DNA of 44,362 nucleotides from contig CAMAWJ010000001.1 in assembly GCA_945861955.1 (NCBI GenBank), positions 1-44,362 on the forward strand, given 5' to 3'. The position numbers and the translations under genes are program-made. This document shows positions 26,253-35,773 of the stretch, in pieces. The notes under the pieces were generated by a model. That model searched no databases. It saw nothing but the letters and a program-made list of their open reading frames with translations, and was not told the DNA's origin. This DNA is from Bifidobacterium breve. Its GTDB lineage: Bacteria; Actinomycetota; Thermoleophilia; Gaiellales; F1-60-MAGs149. Every line of letters starts with the position of its first letter. The stretch's first letter is position 1.

Positions 26253-27863
26253 ATGGCATGCGATCATCGGAGCATGGCGATGCAGGACGATCCGCCGATT
26301 CCGGGGGCGAGAAGCCGCTCTGTGTCGGCAGCGCTCTTTAGCGCGGCGACGGGAGTCTCTCGTGTGCTCGGATTGGTGCGCGAGGTCATCTCCGCGCAGC
26401 TGCTCGGCGTTTCTGGTCCCGCCAGCGCCTTCGTCGTGGCCAACAATGTTCCCAATACGGTGCGTTCGCTCGTCGCCGACTCAGCCTTGGGCGCATCGTT
26501 CGTTCCCGTCTTCAACGAACTGCTCGTCAAGGGCGAGCGCGAACGCGCCTGGCGGGTCGCCTCGAGTGCTCTGACCCTCGCCACGCTGGCGCTGATGGGC
26601 GTGACGGCCCTCGGCATCCTTTTTGCGCGCCCGCTGCTGAGCTTGGCCAACCTCTCCGGCGAGCAATTGGACCTCGCCGTTCAGATGACGCGGATCCTGT
26701 TTCCGATTCTGATCCTGCTCGGTATCTCAGGGCTCGTCCAAGCAATCCTCAACTCGTTCGACGAGTTTTTCCTACCGGCGATCGCGCCGGTGTTCTGGAA
26801 CCTCGTCATCATCGGTTTTCTGATCTTCGCCTTCACCGTCGACAGCCTTGAAGAGCGAGCGGTAGTGCTGGCCGTTGGCACGCTCACAGGCACCGTCATT
26901 CAGACGGTGATCCCGCTGCCCGGCTTACGTGGCAAGGGTGGCACGCTACGACCACTGATCGATCTCCGCGATCCAGCGGTACGGCGCATCTTGATCCTCC
27001 TCGTTCCCGTTGCGCTCGGCCTCGGGCTGGCCAACGTCAGCCTGACGGTCTCGACCTTCATTGCAACGTACGTTGACCCGGCCTATGCGCCACGCGCGAT
27101 CGATGCCGCGTTCCGCGTCTATATGCTCCCGCAGGGCATTTTTTCCGTCGCCGTCTCGACCGTCATGTTCCCGAGCCTTGCCCGCGCGGTCGCTGCCCGC
27201 GACTTCATGCGCTTCCGAGCCTCGCTTCAGGACGGCACTCGACTGATCGTGTTCATGTTGCTGCCAGCCAGCGCGGTGATCGCGGTACTCGCAACGCCGA
27301 TCATCCAGCTGCTGTTCCAACGCGGCGAGTGGACCGCCGACCAGACACCCGGTGTTGCCGAGGCACTGATCGCCTTTGCAATCGGCCTTGCCCTCAACGG
27401 CATGATCCTACTGCTGACTCGCTGCTTCTTCGCGCTCCAACACGTGTGGGCCGCGACCGCGATCGCGCTGGTCAACCTCGTCGTCGCCGCCGGCTTGAGC
27501 CTGCTCCTGTATGGACCGTTCGGCGTCTGGGGCATTCCCTTGGCCAACTCGATTGCGAATGCCGTCATCGTGCCGCTGTTGTGGGTCGTGCTGAGCCGTC
27601 GCGTCGGCTCGCTCGACAATCGTGGCGTCCTCACGAGCACGGCCCGCTCACTCGTGGGTGCCATTATCGTCGCTGGCGTGGCCTGGGGGATCTGGGCACT
27701 GCTGCATGGGCTGCTTGGCGAGGCTCTGTACGCGCAACTGATCTCCGTTGGCGTGGCGATCAGCGCTGCCGGCGGGCTGTACCTTGGCGGCATGTATCTC
27801 TTGCACGTACCTGAGGCCCAACGGATGCTCGCGCTTATCCGGCGTCGCCCTGAGGTTGGATAG
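26253..27863 (+). CDS. murJ: Lipid II flippase MurJ (MviN family)
   Basis: About 14 TM helices. The N-terminus SAALFSAATGVSRVLGLVREVISAQLLG is typical of MurJ. Alternative in-frame starts lie at 26274 and 26280, the latter with GGAG 7 nt upstream. Confidence 0.88.
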   Translation: MACDHRSMAMQDDPPIPGARSRSVSAALFSAATGVSRVLGLVREVISAQLLGVSGPASAFVVANNVPNTVRSLVADSALGASFVPVFNELLVKGERERAWRVASSALTLATLALMGVTALGILFARPLLSLANLSGEQLDLAVQMTRILFPILILLGISGLVQAILNSFDEFFLPAIAPVFWNLVIIGFLIFAFTVDSLEERAVVLAVGTLTGTVIQTVIPLPGLRGKGGTLRPLIDLRDPAVRRILILLVPVALGLGLANVSLTVSTFIATYVDPAYAPRAIDAAFRVYMLPQGIFSVAVSTVMFPSLARAVAARDFMRFRASLQDGTRLIVFMLLPASAVIAVLATPIIQLLFQRGEWTADQTPGVAEALIAFAIGLALNGMILLLTRCFFALQHVWAATAIALVNLVVAAGLSLLLYGPFGVWGIPLANSIANAVIVPLLWVVLSRRVGSLDNRGVLTSTARSLVGAIIVAGVAWGIWALLHGLLGEALYAQLISVGVAISAAGGLYLGGMYLLHVPEAQRMLALIRRRPEVG

Positions 27864-28765
27864 TGCGCCGCCCTGCCGTCAACGTTCCCTGGCCCGTCGC
27901 CTTCACCTGGCTGGTGCTGCGCGACTCGGTGACGCGCTTTCAACGCCACCGTTGCACGGTTGCCGCAGCCGCGATTGCCTTTCATGTCTTGTTCTCCGTG
28001 TTTCCTCTGATTCTGCTGGTGACAGCCATCCTCGGCACGCAAATGCGCAACGCTGAGGCGCGCCAGCAAGTGGTCGACCGACTCATCAACGTGCTGCCGC
28101 TCGACCCGAGCGCTGCCGACCAGATCGATCAATTGCTGGTCTCGGCTACTAACAACCTCGCCACGATCGGTATCGTCGGCGCGATTGGTCTAGTCTGGTC
28201 TTCCAGCGGCATGCTTGGTAGCGTGCGTGGAGCGATGGAGCTGGCCTGGGAAGGTCAAGCTGGCAGGCGAGCGTTTTTTCACGGCAAGCTCATCGACGCC
28301 CTGTTGCTGGCGATCGTCGTCAGTGTCGTGCTCTCGTCGTTTTTGGCTGGACTCGTCCTGAGCATCGTCCCGCAGGTATCGATCGATGTGATGAGACCCG
28401 AGAGCTTGTCGAGCGGGCTGGCAGCCGCGGTTCGCTCGTCACTCGCCCCAGCGGTCTCGATCCTGACCTCCGGCATCGTGCTGGCGCTGGCCTACAAGTT
28501 TCTCCCGCGACCGCGGCCTGCGCTGCGCTACGCCCTCGCCGGTGCCGCTGTCGCCGCGTGTCTGCTCGAAGGGGCACGAAAAATCTTCTCGATCTACGTC
28601 GATCGTGTTGCCACCTACGACATTGTCTACGGCTCGATCGGCTCGATCATTGTGTTCCTTTTCTTCGTCTACATCGCTGGCATGGTGATCCTCTACGGTG
28701 CCGAGTTGGGCGCCTCGCTCCGGCGCGTGCACAACGCGGGGCGGGTCTTGCGCCCCGGGGCCTAA
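27863..28765 (+). CDS. YihY/BrkB-family inner membrane protein
   Basis: The signature [19 protein letters not shown], a 6-TM profile and the C-terminal YGAELGA. The GTG start overlaps the murJ stop. Confidence 0.8.
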   Translation: MRRPAVNVPWPVAFTWLVLRDSVTRFQRHRCTVAAAAIAFHVLFSVFPLILLVTAILGTQMRNAEARQQVVDRLINVLPLDPSAADQIDQLLVSATNNLATIGIVGAIGLVWSSSGMLGSVRGAMELAWEGQAGRRAFFHGKLIDALLLAIVVSVVLSSFLAGLVLSIVPQVSIDVMRPESLSSGLAAAVRSSLAPAVSILTSGIVLALAYKFLPRPRPALRYALAGAAVAACLLEGARKIFSIYVDRVATYDIVYGSIGSIIVFLFFVYIAGMVILYGAELGASLRRVHNAGRVLRPGA

Positions 28766-28799
28766 CGACCCCAGACGGCATCACCGGTACCCTGTGGTC

Positions 28800-30605
28800 G
28801 TGGACCAGGAACTGATCCGAAACTTCTCGATCGTCGCGCACATCGATCACGGCAAGTCGACGCTGGCCGACCGCATCCTTGAGGTCACAAACACGGTCAC
28901 GCTCCGCGAGATGCAGGATCAGCTGCTCGACTCGATGGATATCGAGCGCGAGCGGGGGATCACGATCAAGGCCCAGGCGGTGCGCGTCTTGTGGGAGTGC
29001 AACGACACGGTCTACCACCTCAATCTGATCGACACCCCAGGCCACGTCGACTTCACGTACGAGGTCTCGCGTTCGCTGGCCGCCTGTGAGGGCGCGCTGC
29101 TCGTCGTTGACGCCTCGCAAGGGATCGAGGCGCAGACCGTCGCGAATGCCCATCTCGCAATCGATAACGGTCTCGAGATCGTCCCCGTCGTCAACAAGGT
29201 CGATTTGCCCGCGGCCTATCCGGATCGCGTCGCGCAGGAGACGGCCGACTTCTTGGGCGATGATGTCGACAACGTGCTGCGCATCTCGGCCAAGAGCGGC
29301 CTCAACGTGGCGGCCGTGTTGGATGCCGTGGTTGATCGGATCCCCGCGCCGCAGGGCGATGCCACAGGGCCAGCGCGCGCGCTTGTGTTCGACTCCGTTT
29401 ACGACCAGTATCGTGGCGTGATCGCCTACATTCGCGTCGTCGACGGCACGCTCACCACAGGTGGCTTGCTGAAGTCGATGGCGACAGAGCAGACGCAGGT
29501 GATCGAAGAAGTGGGGGTGATGACCCCGCAGATGACGCCGACCCAGACGCTTGGAGCGGGCGAAGTCGGCTACGTCATCACGGGCGTCAAGGACGTTGCC
29601 GAGATCAAAGTCGGCGACACCTTCACGATGGCCTCGAATCCCGCCACGGTTCCGCTTGATGGCTATATCGACGTCAAGCCGATGGTCTTTGCCGGACTGT
29701 TTCCGACCGACGGTGAACAGTACGCAGACCTTCGGGACGCCCTTGCGAAACTGCGTCTAAACGACGCCTCGCTGGTCTACGAACCAGAGAATTCGCAGGC
29801 GCTGGGCTTCGGCTACCGCTGTGGCTTCCTCGGGCTCCTGCATATGGACGTCGTGCGCGAGCGCTTGGAACGCGAGTGGGATCTCGATCTAATCGCGACA
29901 ACTCCGAACGTGCTCTACGACGTGCTGACGACGGCGGGCGATCGCGTCGAGGTCCGCAATCCATCCGACATGCCGAACCCGAACATCATCGAACACGTTG
30001 AGGAGCCGTTCGTGCGCTCGTCCGTGATCGTTCCGAAGGAGTTCGTCGGCACGATCATGGAGCTCTGCCAAGACCGGCGAGGCGAGTTCGAAAAGATGGA
30101 CTACCTCTCGGAGACCCGCGTCGCGCTCGTCTACGCGCTGCCGCTCGCCGAGATTGTGCTCGACTTCTACGACCAACTGAAGAGCCGCACGAAGGGCTAC
30201 GCCTCGTTTGATTACGAGATGATCGGCTACCGCGATTCGAAGCTGTCAAAGGTCGACATTCTGCTCAACGGCGAGCCAGTCGATGCGCTCAGCATCATCG
30301 TCCACCGCGACAAGGCCTACGAGACCGGGCGCGCCCTCGTTGAGCGGTTGCGCGGGATCATTCCGCGCCAATTCTTCGACGTGCCAATCCAGGCTGCAAT
30401 CGGATCCCGCGTGATTGCCCGCGAGACGATCAAGGCCAAGCGCAAGGACGTGCTGGCGAAGTGCTACGGCGGCGACATTTCGCGCAAGCGCAAGTTGCTG
30501 GAGAAGCAGAAAAAGGGCAAGAAGAACCGCATGAAGTACGTCGGCGCAGTGGAGGTCCCCCAAGAGGCCTTCCTCAGCGTCCTCTCGCTCGACGCCGACA
30601 AGTAG
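28800..30605 (+). CDS. lepA: Translation elongation factor 4 (LepA)
   Basis: [30 protein letters not shown] and the LepA C-terminal domain. ORF track 28698.. trimmed to GTG 28800 (an alternative GTG lies at 28794). TACCCT ends 6 nt upstream of 28800. Confidence 0.93.
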   Translation: MDQELIRNFSIVAHIDHGKSTLADRILEVTNTVTLREMQDQLLDSMDIERERGITIKAQAVRVLWECNDTVYHLNLIDTPGHVDFTYEVSRSLAACEGALLVVDASQGIEAQTVANAHLAIDNGLEIVPVVNKVDLPAAYPDRVAQETADFLGDDVDNVLRISAKSGLNVAAVLDAVVDRIPAPQGDATGPARALVFDSVYDQYRGVIAYIRVVDGTLTTGGLLKSMATEQTQVIEEVGVMTPQMTPTQTLGAGEVGYVITGVKDVAEIKVGDTFTMASNPATVPLDGYIDVKPMVFAGLFPTDGEQYADLRDALAKLRLNDASLVYEPENSQALGFGYRCGFLGLLHMDVVRERLEREWDLDLIATTPNVLYDVLTTAGDRVEVRNPSDMPNPNIIEHVEEPFVRSSVIVPKEFVGTIMELCQDRRGEFEKMDYLSETRVALVYALPLAEIVLDFYDQLKSRTKGYASFDYEMIGYRDSKLSKVDILLNGEPVDALSIIVHRDKAYETGRALVERLRGIIPRQFFDVPIQAAIGSRVIARETIKAKRKDVLAKCYGGDISRKRKLLEKQKKGKKNRMKYVGAVEVPQEAFLSVLSLDADK

Positions 30606-30705
30606 CTTCCTAATGGGGTCAGACCCTTTTAGGAAATCGGATCCACTAACCGGGCAGCGAGACGGCCACTGATTTCCTAAAAGGGTCTGACCCCATTAGG
30701 AAGCT
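30604..30705. repeat. Perfect 35-bp inverted repeat (arms 30604-30638 and 30671-30705, 32-nt spacer). Each arm is itself an imperfect palindrome
   Basis: AGCTTCCTAATGGGGTCAGACCCTTTTAGGAAATC ... GATTTCCTAAAAGGGTCTGACCCCATTAGGAAGCT, 35/35 complementary. It begins inside the lepA stop codon and is AT-richer than its surroundings. Confidence 0.95.
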
Positions 30706-30750
30706 GATCCACCATGTGGTCTCCGCCGTTGATCACGTCGTGGAACGGTT

Positions 30751-30786
30751 TTGCACGAAGCGTTGCGTCAGCCTAGTCTGACGCAA
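30751..30786 (+). promoter_or_regulatory. Sigma-70-like promoter TTGCAC-N17-TAGTCT ending 6 nt before ATG 30786 (leaderless), overlapped by a 9-bp palindrome TTGCGTCAG-N6-CTGACGCAA
   Basis: The -35 is at 30751-30756 and the -10 at 30774-30779. The inverted arms are 30763-30771 and 30778-30786. No SD is present. Confidence 0.45.
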
Positions 30787-31670
30787 TGACTTCCTCCACA
30801 CGCTTCGTCGGCCTCGGCTCCATGGGTTCCGGCATGGTCCGCAACCTGCTCAAGAACGGCTTTGCCGTGACGGTCGACGATCTCAGCCCCGACCGCGTCG
30901 CAGCAGTGGTTGCCGATGGCGCGACCGCGGGAGCACCAGGCCCGATCACCGAGCCCGTCGTGATGATCTCGGTTCCCGGCCCCCCGGAGGTCGAGGCCGT
31001 TTGTTTTGGCGAGCAGGGCCTGCTTAGCCGCATGCAGCCAGGCTCGGTCCTGATCAATCTCTCGACGGTCAACCTCGCAAATGCCAAGGACCTCGATGCC
31101 GCAGCCACCGAGCGAGGGATCCTCTGTGTCGACGCTCCCGTCACCGGGGCAGCCGACGGCGCTGCCGACGGCACGCTGGTGATCATGTGCGGCGCAACCG
31201 ACGAGGCGCTTTCCGCCGCGCGTCCCGCGCTTGAGGCGATCTCCGCGAGTATCCATCACATGGGCCCAACCTCCACGGGAACGGCAGCAAAGCTACTGAC
31301 CAACATGCTCTGGTTCATCCACGTGACAGCGCTCTCCGACTCACTCTCCCTCGCGGCGCGCTGCGGAATCGATGTTGACACGTTCGGAACGCTCGTACGC
31401 CAAAGCGCCGGCGACTCGTGGGTTGCTGGACACGACCTACCGAACATCTTGGCTGACGATGATGACGAGTCGTTCACGCTCGCACTGTGTGTCAAAGACC
31501 TCCGTCTGATCGGTGAGATCGAGAGCGAGATGGGCTACACCAGTGACCTCGCCACGGCTGCACGTGCACGCTTTGGTGCCGCCTACGAGAAGTACGGGCC
31601 GCAAGCCGGCGAGCTCGCCGTCACTCGGCTCGCAGAGCAGGCCGCCCAGACCTCAATCCGCTCGCGCTAG
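30786..31670 (+). CDS. NAD(P)-dependent oxidoreductase, 3-hydroxyisobutyrate / 6-phosphogluconate dehydrogenase-like family
   Basis: The Rossmann N-terminus FVGLGSMGSGMVRNLLKNGF, then DAPVTG and the GTAAKLLTNML helix. Confidence 0.82.
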   Translation: MTSSTRFVGLGSMGSGMVRNLLKNGFAVTVDDLSPDRVAAVVADGATAGAPGPITEPVVMISVPGPPEVEAVCFGEQGLLSRMQPGSVLINLSTVNLANAKDLDAAATERGILCVDAPVTGAADGAADGTLVIMCGATDEALSAARPALEAISASIHHMGPTSTGTAAKLLTNMLWFIHVTALSDSLSLAARCGIDVDTFGTLVRQSAGDSWVAGHDLPNILADDDDESFTLALCVKDLRLIGEIESEMGYTSDLATAARARFGAAYEKYGPQAGELAVTRLAEQAAQTSIRSR

Positions 31671-32650
31671 AGCCAGCGAAGCCAGCGGGCGAGGCCCAGC
31701 AGCGAGACGACCGTCACCATCAAGGCAACGAGGATCGCGATAAACGCCACTTCGGTATCGGCGAATGGCACGGGCACGTTCATGCCAAACAGGTTCGTCA
31801 CGAACGTGATCGGCAAGAAGACAACGGTCAGGACGGTCAGGACCTGCAGGATGCGGTTCTGACGGTGTGAGATTGCCGTCTCATTCGTTCCTTCGAGCGC
31901 CTCGACGACTTCCTTGTAGTTCTCGAGCAGATCCCAGATGCGTTCCGCCGAGTCGATCAGGTCGTCGTAGTAGATGTCGAGATCTTCGCTCGCAAGGAAG
32001 CGCTCACCGGCGCGCTCCAGCTGGCGCAGCACAGGACGCTGTGGCTTGGTGATCTTGCGGTACGAGATGATCTCCTGCTTGGCGTTGGAGATCTGACGCA
32101 CGATCGACTCGTCCGGATCGCGCTCGAACATGTGATCCTCGATCTCCTCGAGCTTGCGCCCAATCTGATCAAGAATTGGGAAGCAGTAGCCGTAGAGCGC
32201 GTCGAGCACCTCGTAGAAGAGGAAACCGGAGCCCTTGGCAAACCACTCCGCGCACTCCTCTGGATTAGCCTCGAGTCGGCGAAAGACGTTCCGCACGGGC
32301 TTCAGCGGCACGTTCGGAATCGTGATCAGGAAGTCCTTGCCAATGAAGGCATTGACCTCGGCCGAGAACAGTCGTCCAGAGGACTTGTCGTACCAGGGAA
32401 AGTGGAGGACGACAAAGACGTAGTCGGGGTAGTCGTCGACTTTGGGGCGCTGTCGTCGCGACCGAACGTCTTCGATATCGAGCTCGTGGAAGGAAAACTC
32501 TGTCTCCAGCCAGGCGATCTCAGCGGGCCCGGGCGACTCCAGCTGGATCCAGCGCATTCCACCCTGCTCGAGCACGCTGACGCGTGGCTCCGACGAGAAT
32601 GGAGCCGAGACGGACGCGGCGCGAGGCCGGGGTCGACGGATACGAGACAT
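31667..32650 (-). CDS. corA: CorA-family magnesium/cobalt transporter
   Basis: 327 aa with two C-terminal TM helices and the signature FGMNV (TNLFGMNVPVPF). Confidence 0.9.
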   Translation of the reverse strand: MSRIRRPRPRAASVSAPFSSEPRVSVLEQGGMRWIQLESPGPAEIAWLETEFSFHELDIEDVRSRRQRPKVDDYPDYVFVVLHFPWYDKSSGRLFSAEVNAFIGKDFLITIPNVPLKPVRNVFRRLEANPEECAEWFAKGSGFLFYEVLDALYGYCFPILDQIGRKLEEIEDHMFERDPDESIVRQISNAKQEIISYRKITKPQRPVLRQLERAGERFLASEDLDIYYDDLIDSAERIWDLLENYKEVVEALEGTNETAISHRQNRILQVLTVLTVVFLPITFVTNLFGMNVPVPFADTEVAFIAILVALMVTVVSLLGLARWLRWL

Positions 32651-32729
32651 AAGGGGTAGTTGAAGGTGATCGATGCATTGCGCCCCAAGACAATAGCGCG
32701 CGTGAAGATTGAGCGTCTATCCTGCGGAT

Positions 32730-34055
32730 GTGGAGATTCTCGTAATTGGAGCTGGACGGGTCGGAACCAGTGTCGCAGCGGCGGTTCATAGTCAGCATAA
32801 CGTCACCGTTGTCGACCTCGACGAGTCGCTCCTGAGCCAAATTTCAAGTCGCTATGACGTGCTGACGATTGCTGGAAACGGCACGTCGCGCTCGACACTG
32901 ATCCGCGCAGGCGTTGAGCATGCTGATCTCGTGATCGTCTGTACCGATCGCGACGAAGTAAACATCGTCGCCGCTCTGCAGACGCGTTCCCTGTGCAAGG
33001 GCCGCATACTTGTGCGAACGTCGAGCGCTGAGTATCTTGACGCGTGGCGTCGGGGAGAGCTACCCGTCGACGCGATGATTGCCTCCGAGAACGAGATCGC
33101 TCTGGCCGTCGTCCGAGCGATCGGGCTGCCAGGTGCCCTTCAGACTGCGATGTTTGCAGACGGACGAGCAGAAATGGTCGAATTTGAAGTGCATGCCGAC
33201 GCCTCGGAGAACATCGTGGGCAAGCGAATTGCCGATATTCACATTCCCGACGACAGTGTGATCGCCTCGCTGATTCGCGGAGATAGCATCACCATCCCGG
33301 GAGGCAACGACGTCGTGCTGGAGGGCGATCGCGTTGTCGTGATCGCGTCTCCTGAGGCCTCTCGCGACTGGGCCCATCGACTCGCACGCCGCGGTATCCA
33401 CGAGATTCGCGAGGTCGTCGTCGTGGGAGCCGGGGCCACGGGCCGCGCGATCGCTGCAAATCTCTGTGCCCAGAACCTCGACGTCCGCATCATTGAATCG
33501 GATGCATCCGCGGCGCGCCGCTGCGCCGAAGAGATTGAGGCAGCCCATGTCTTCTGTGCGGACGCGACAGATCCACGCTTCCTCGAACGCGAGAACATCG
33601 GGCGTGCAGACGCGATCGTCTGTTGCACCGATAGCGATGAGAAAGATCTGATGATTGGGTTGCTCGCCAAACAGGCGGGAGTTCAGATCGCCATTGCCGT
33701 CGTCGGCAATCCCGAGCTTGTACCGATTTTTGAGCAGGTCGGCATCGACCATGCACTCAACCAGCGCCTCGTCGTTGCGGAAGAGATCGTTCGCTTCACC
33801 CACGATCCACGCACGCGCGGGTTTGCAATGCTCGAAAACGATCGGGTTGAGGTCTTGGAGCTCGAGATTCGCGGCGAAAGCGCGTTGATCGGGCGCCCGT
33901 TCCGTGAGCGACCCCTCGAAGGCGCAATTGTCAGCGCGATCGTCCGCAACGGACGTGTAATTTTCCCGCGCGGGGACGACGCTCTCCAGGCCGGCGACTC
34001 CGCGATCATTGTCGCTGAGGCTTCGAAGGTTCCCGGGCTCGAACGCGCGCTATGA
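32730..34055 (+). CDS. trkA: Trk potassium uptake system NAD-binding subunit TrkA (tandem RCK domains)
   Basis: Two copies of the Rossmann-type motif are present: ILVIGAGRVG and VVVVGAGATG. TrkA-C-like segments follow each. The ORF track starts at TTG 32709; I prefer GTG 32730, which has TATCCT ending 6 nt upstream. Confidence 0.88.
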   Translation: MEILVIGAGRVGTSVAAAVHSQHNVTVVDLDESLLSQISSRYDVLTIAGNGTSRSTLIRAGVEHADLVIVCTDRDEVNIVAALQTRSLCKGRILVRTSSAEYLDAWRRGELPVDAMIASENEIALAVVRAIGLPGALQTAMFADGRAEMVEFEVHADASENIVGKRIADIHIPDDSVIASLIRGDSITIPGGNDVVLEGDRVVVIASPEASRDWAHRLARRGIHEIREVVVVGAGATGRAIAANLCAQNLDVRIIESDASAARRCAEEIEAAHVFCADATDPRFLERENIGRADAIVCCTDSDEKDLMIGLLAKQAGVQIAIAVVGNPELVPIFEQVGIDHALNQRLVVAEEIVRFTHDPRTRGFAMLENDRVEVLELEIRGESALIGRPFRERPLEGAIVSAIVRNGRVIFPRGDDALQAGDSAIIVAEASKVPGLERAL

Positions 34056-35575
34056 CCTCCGCGATAGTGGCCCAGGCGCGGCAGTACCTCGTAGTCGATC
34101 TACTGGCCGTTCTGAGCATGGTCGGCAAGATCCTTCGCTGGCTCAGCTTGACGCTGCTCGCCCCGATCGTGGTGGCTCTGATCTACGGCGAGTCCGTTGT
34201 TCCGTTCGTCGTGACCCTCGTGCTCGGTTTTGTCGCCGGTTACGTGCTTGAGGTTGCCTGCGGTCGCCGCTCCGACGATGTCACGGTTCGCGAGGCGTTC
34301 GCCGTCGTCGCCTTTGCGTGGCTCGGGGCAGCGCTGCTTGGCGGAGGACCCTACATGATCGAGGGTGGCGATCTCGGTAACTTCGTTGATGCCTACTTCG
34401 AAGCCATGAGCGGTTTCACCACCACGGGATCGTCGGTGATTACCGACTTTGCCTCGCACAACAACTCAATCTACTTCTGGCGTAGCCTGACGCAGTGGCT
34501 TGGTGGGATGGGCATCGTGGTCCTCGCCATTGCCATCTTTAGTCGAACAGGCCCCGGGGGGAAGGCCCTGCTCGAGCGCGAGGCACCAGGGCCTGACTCT
34601 GACAAATTGACACCGCGGCTGCGTGACACCGCGCTGCACCTATGGCTCGTCTACACCGGCCTCTCGATCGTGATGGTGATTGCACTCTGGATTGTGGGCC
34701 TGCTCGGTTTCGAGACAGGTATGAACTTGTTTGATTCGGTCGTCCACACGTTTACGTCAATGTCGACCGGCGGGTTCTCACCAAACGCCGATTCGATGCA
34801 GTCGTATGGCGCTGTGACGCTGGCGATCGTGACGCTCTTTCAAGTGATCGCAGGCGCCAATTTCGCTCTCTGGTATCTGATGGTCAAGCGCGATTGGGGC
34901 GCAGCTGTACGGGACGGCGAATTTCGCGTCTATCTTGGGATCCTCGCCGGAGCCTCAATCCTCGTGGGGATTGGCTTACTTGCAACATCCGACAAGGGGT
35001 GGATAGCCTCATTTGGTGAGGCCACCTTCCAAGTCGTGACCATCATGACGACGACCGGCTATGCCTCACAGGACTTTAATACCTGGGCAGCATTCTGTCT
35101 GCTGATTTTGTTTTTGACGATGTTTATTGGCGGGTGCGCAGGCTCAACAAGCGGTGGCATGAAGGTGATTCGTATTCGCCTGATTTTGGGCGGCATGCGA
35201 CGCGACGTGGAGACCGCAGTCCATCCCGAGGCAGTACTGCCGGTGCGCGTCAATCGATCGCCTGTCCGTGAAAGCGCGATTCAGGGCGCCACGGTCTTTG
35301 CGGGGCTCTACCTCGCGGCCTGGGTCGTCGGCACGATTTTCATCCTGCTCGACTGCACGTTGCGCGGCTACGAACAGGATGCGTTTACCGCGATGGTGTC
35401 GGCTGCAACCACGCTCGGCAACGTTGGACCGGGCGTCGGCGCCTCGGGCCCGTTCGGATCCTTCGCTGGTTATCCGTGGGAGAGCAAGGTTGTCATGACC
35501 GCGCTGATGTGGATCGGACGGCTCGAGATCATCCCGATCTTCGTGCTCTTCACCCGCGCCTACTGGCGCCGCTAG
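34052..35575 (+). CDS. trkH: Trk potassium uptake system membrane subunit TrkH
   Basis: 507 aa, polytopic, with repeated selectivity-filter-like TTTG/STGG/TTGY/GSTSGG motifs. An ATGA overlap links it to the trkA stop. Confidence 0.9.
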   Translation: MTSAIVAQARQYLVVDLLAVLSMVGKILRWLSLTLLAPIVVALIYGESVVPFVVTLVLGFVAGYVLEVACGRRSDDVTVREAFAVVAFAWLGAALLGGGPYMIEGGDLGNFVDAYFEAMSGFTTTGSSVITDFASHNNSIYFWRSLTQWLGGMGIVVLAIAIFSRTGPGGKALLEREAPGPDSDKLTPRLRDTALHLWLVYTGLSIVMVIALWIVGLLGFETGMNLFDSVVHTFTSMSTGGFSPNADSMQSYGAVTLAIVTLFQVIAGANFALWYLMVKRDWGAAVRDGEFRVYLGILAGASILVGIGLLATSDKGWIASFGEATFQVVTIMTTTGYASQDFNTWAAFCLLILFLTMFIGGCAGSTSGGMKVIRIRLILGGMRRDVETAVHPEAVLPVRVNRSPVRESAIQGATVFAGLYLAAWVVGTIFILLDCTLRGYEQDAFTAMVSAATTLGNVGPGVGASGPFGSFAGYPWESKVVMTALMWIGRLEIIPIFVLFTRAYWRR

Positions 35576-35648
35576 TCCGGTCGCCCGGGCCGGCTTGGGC
35601 GCTGATCTGTCTGTCGCTCAGAGCACCACGTACGACATCACTTCAGAA

Positions 35649-35721
35649 TGCGCCCGGCAGGATTCGAACCTGCGGCCTCGAGATTAGAAGTCTCTTGCTC
35701 TATCCCCTGAGCTACGGGCGC
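35649..35721 (-). tRNA. tRNA-Arg (anticodon UCU)
   Basis: The reverse complement reads GCGCCCGTAGCTCAGGGGATAGAGCAAGAGACTTCTAATCTCGAGGCCGCAGGTTCGAATCCTGCCGGGCGCA. The acceptor pairs GCGCCCG/CGGGCGC and the anticodon loop is CTTCTAA. CCA is not encoded. Confidence 0.92.
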
Positions 35722-35773
35722 ACCTGAACGGTACCCGGGGCGGTCATATTGCGATACCACGCACACTGCTGAC

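Noticed and set aside
30604-30705. CRISPR repeat or MITE interpretation of the 35-bp repeat
   Set aside because: CRISPR is ruled out because the two copies are inverted rather than direct and there is only one pair. A MITE cannot be supported from this window, since I see no matching target-site duplication on the flanks (aagt versus gatc) and the copy number is unknown. It is kept as a finding only as an unexplained palindromic element.
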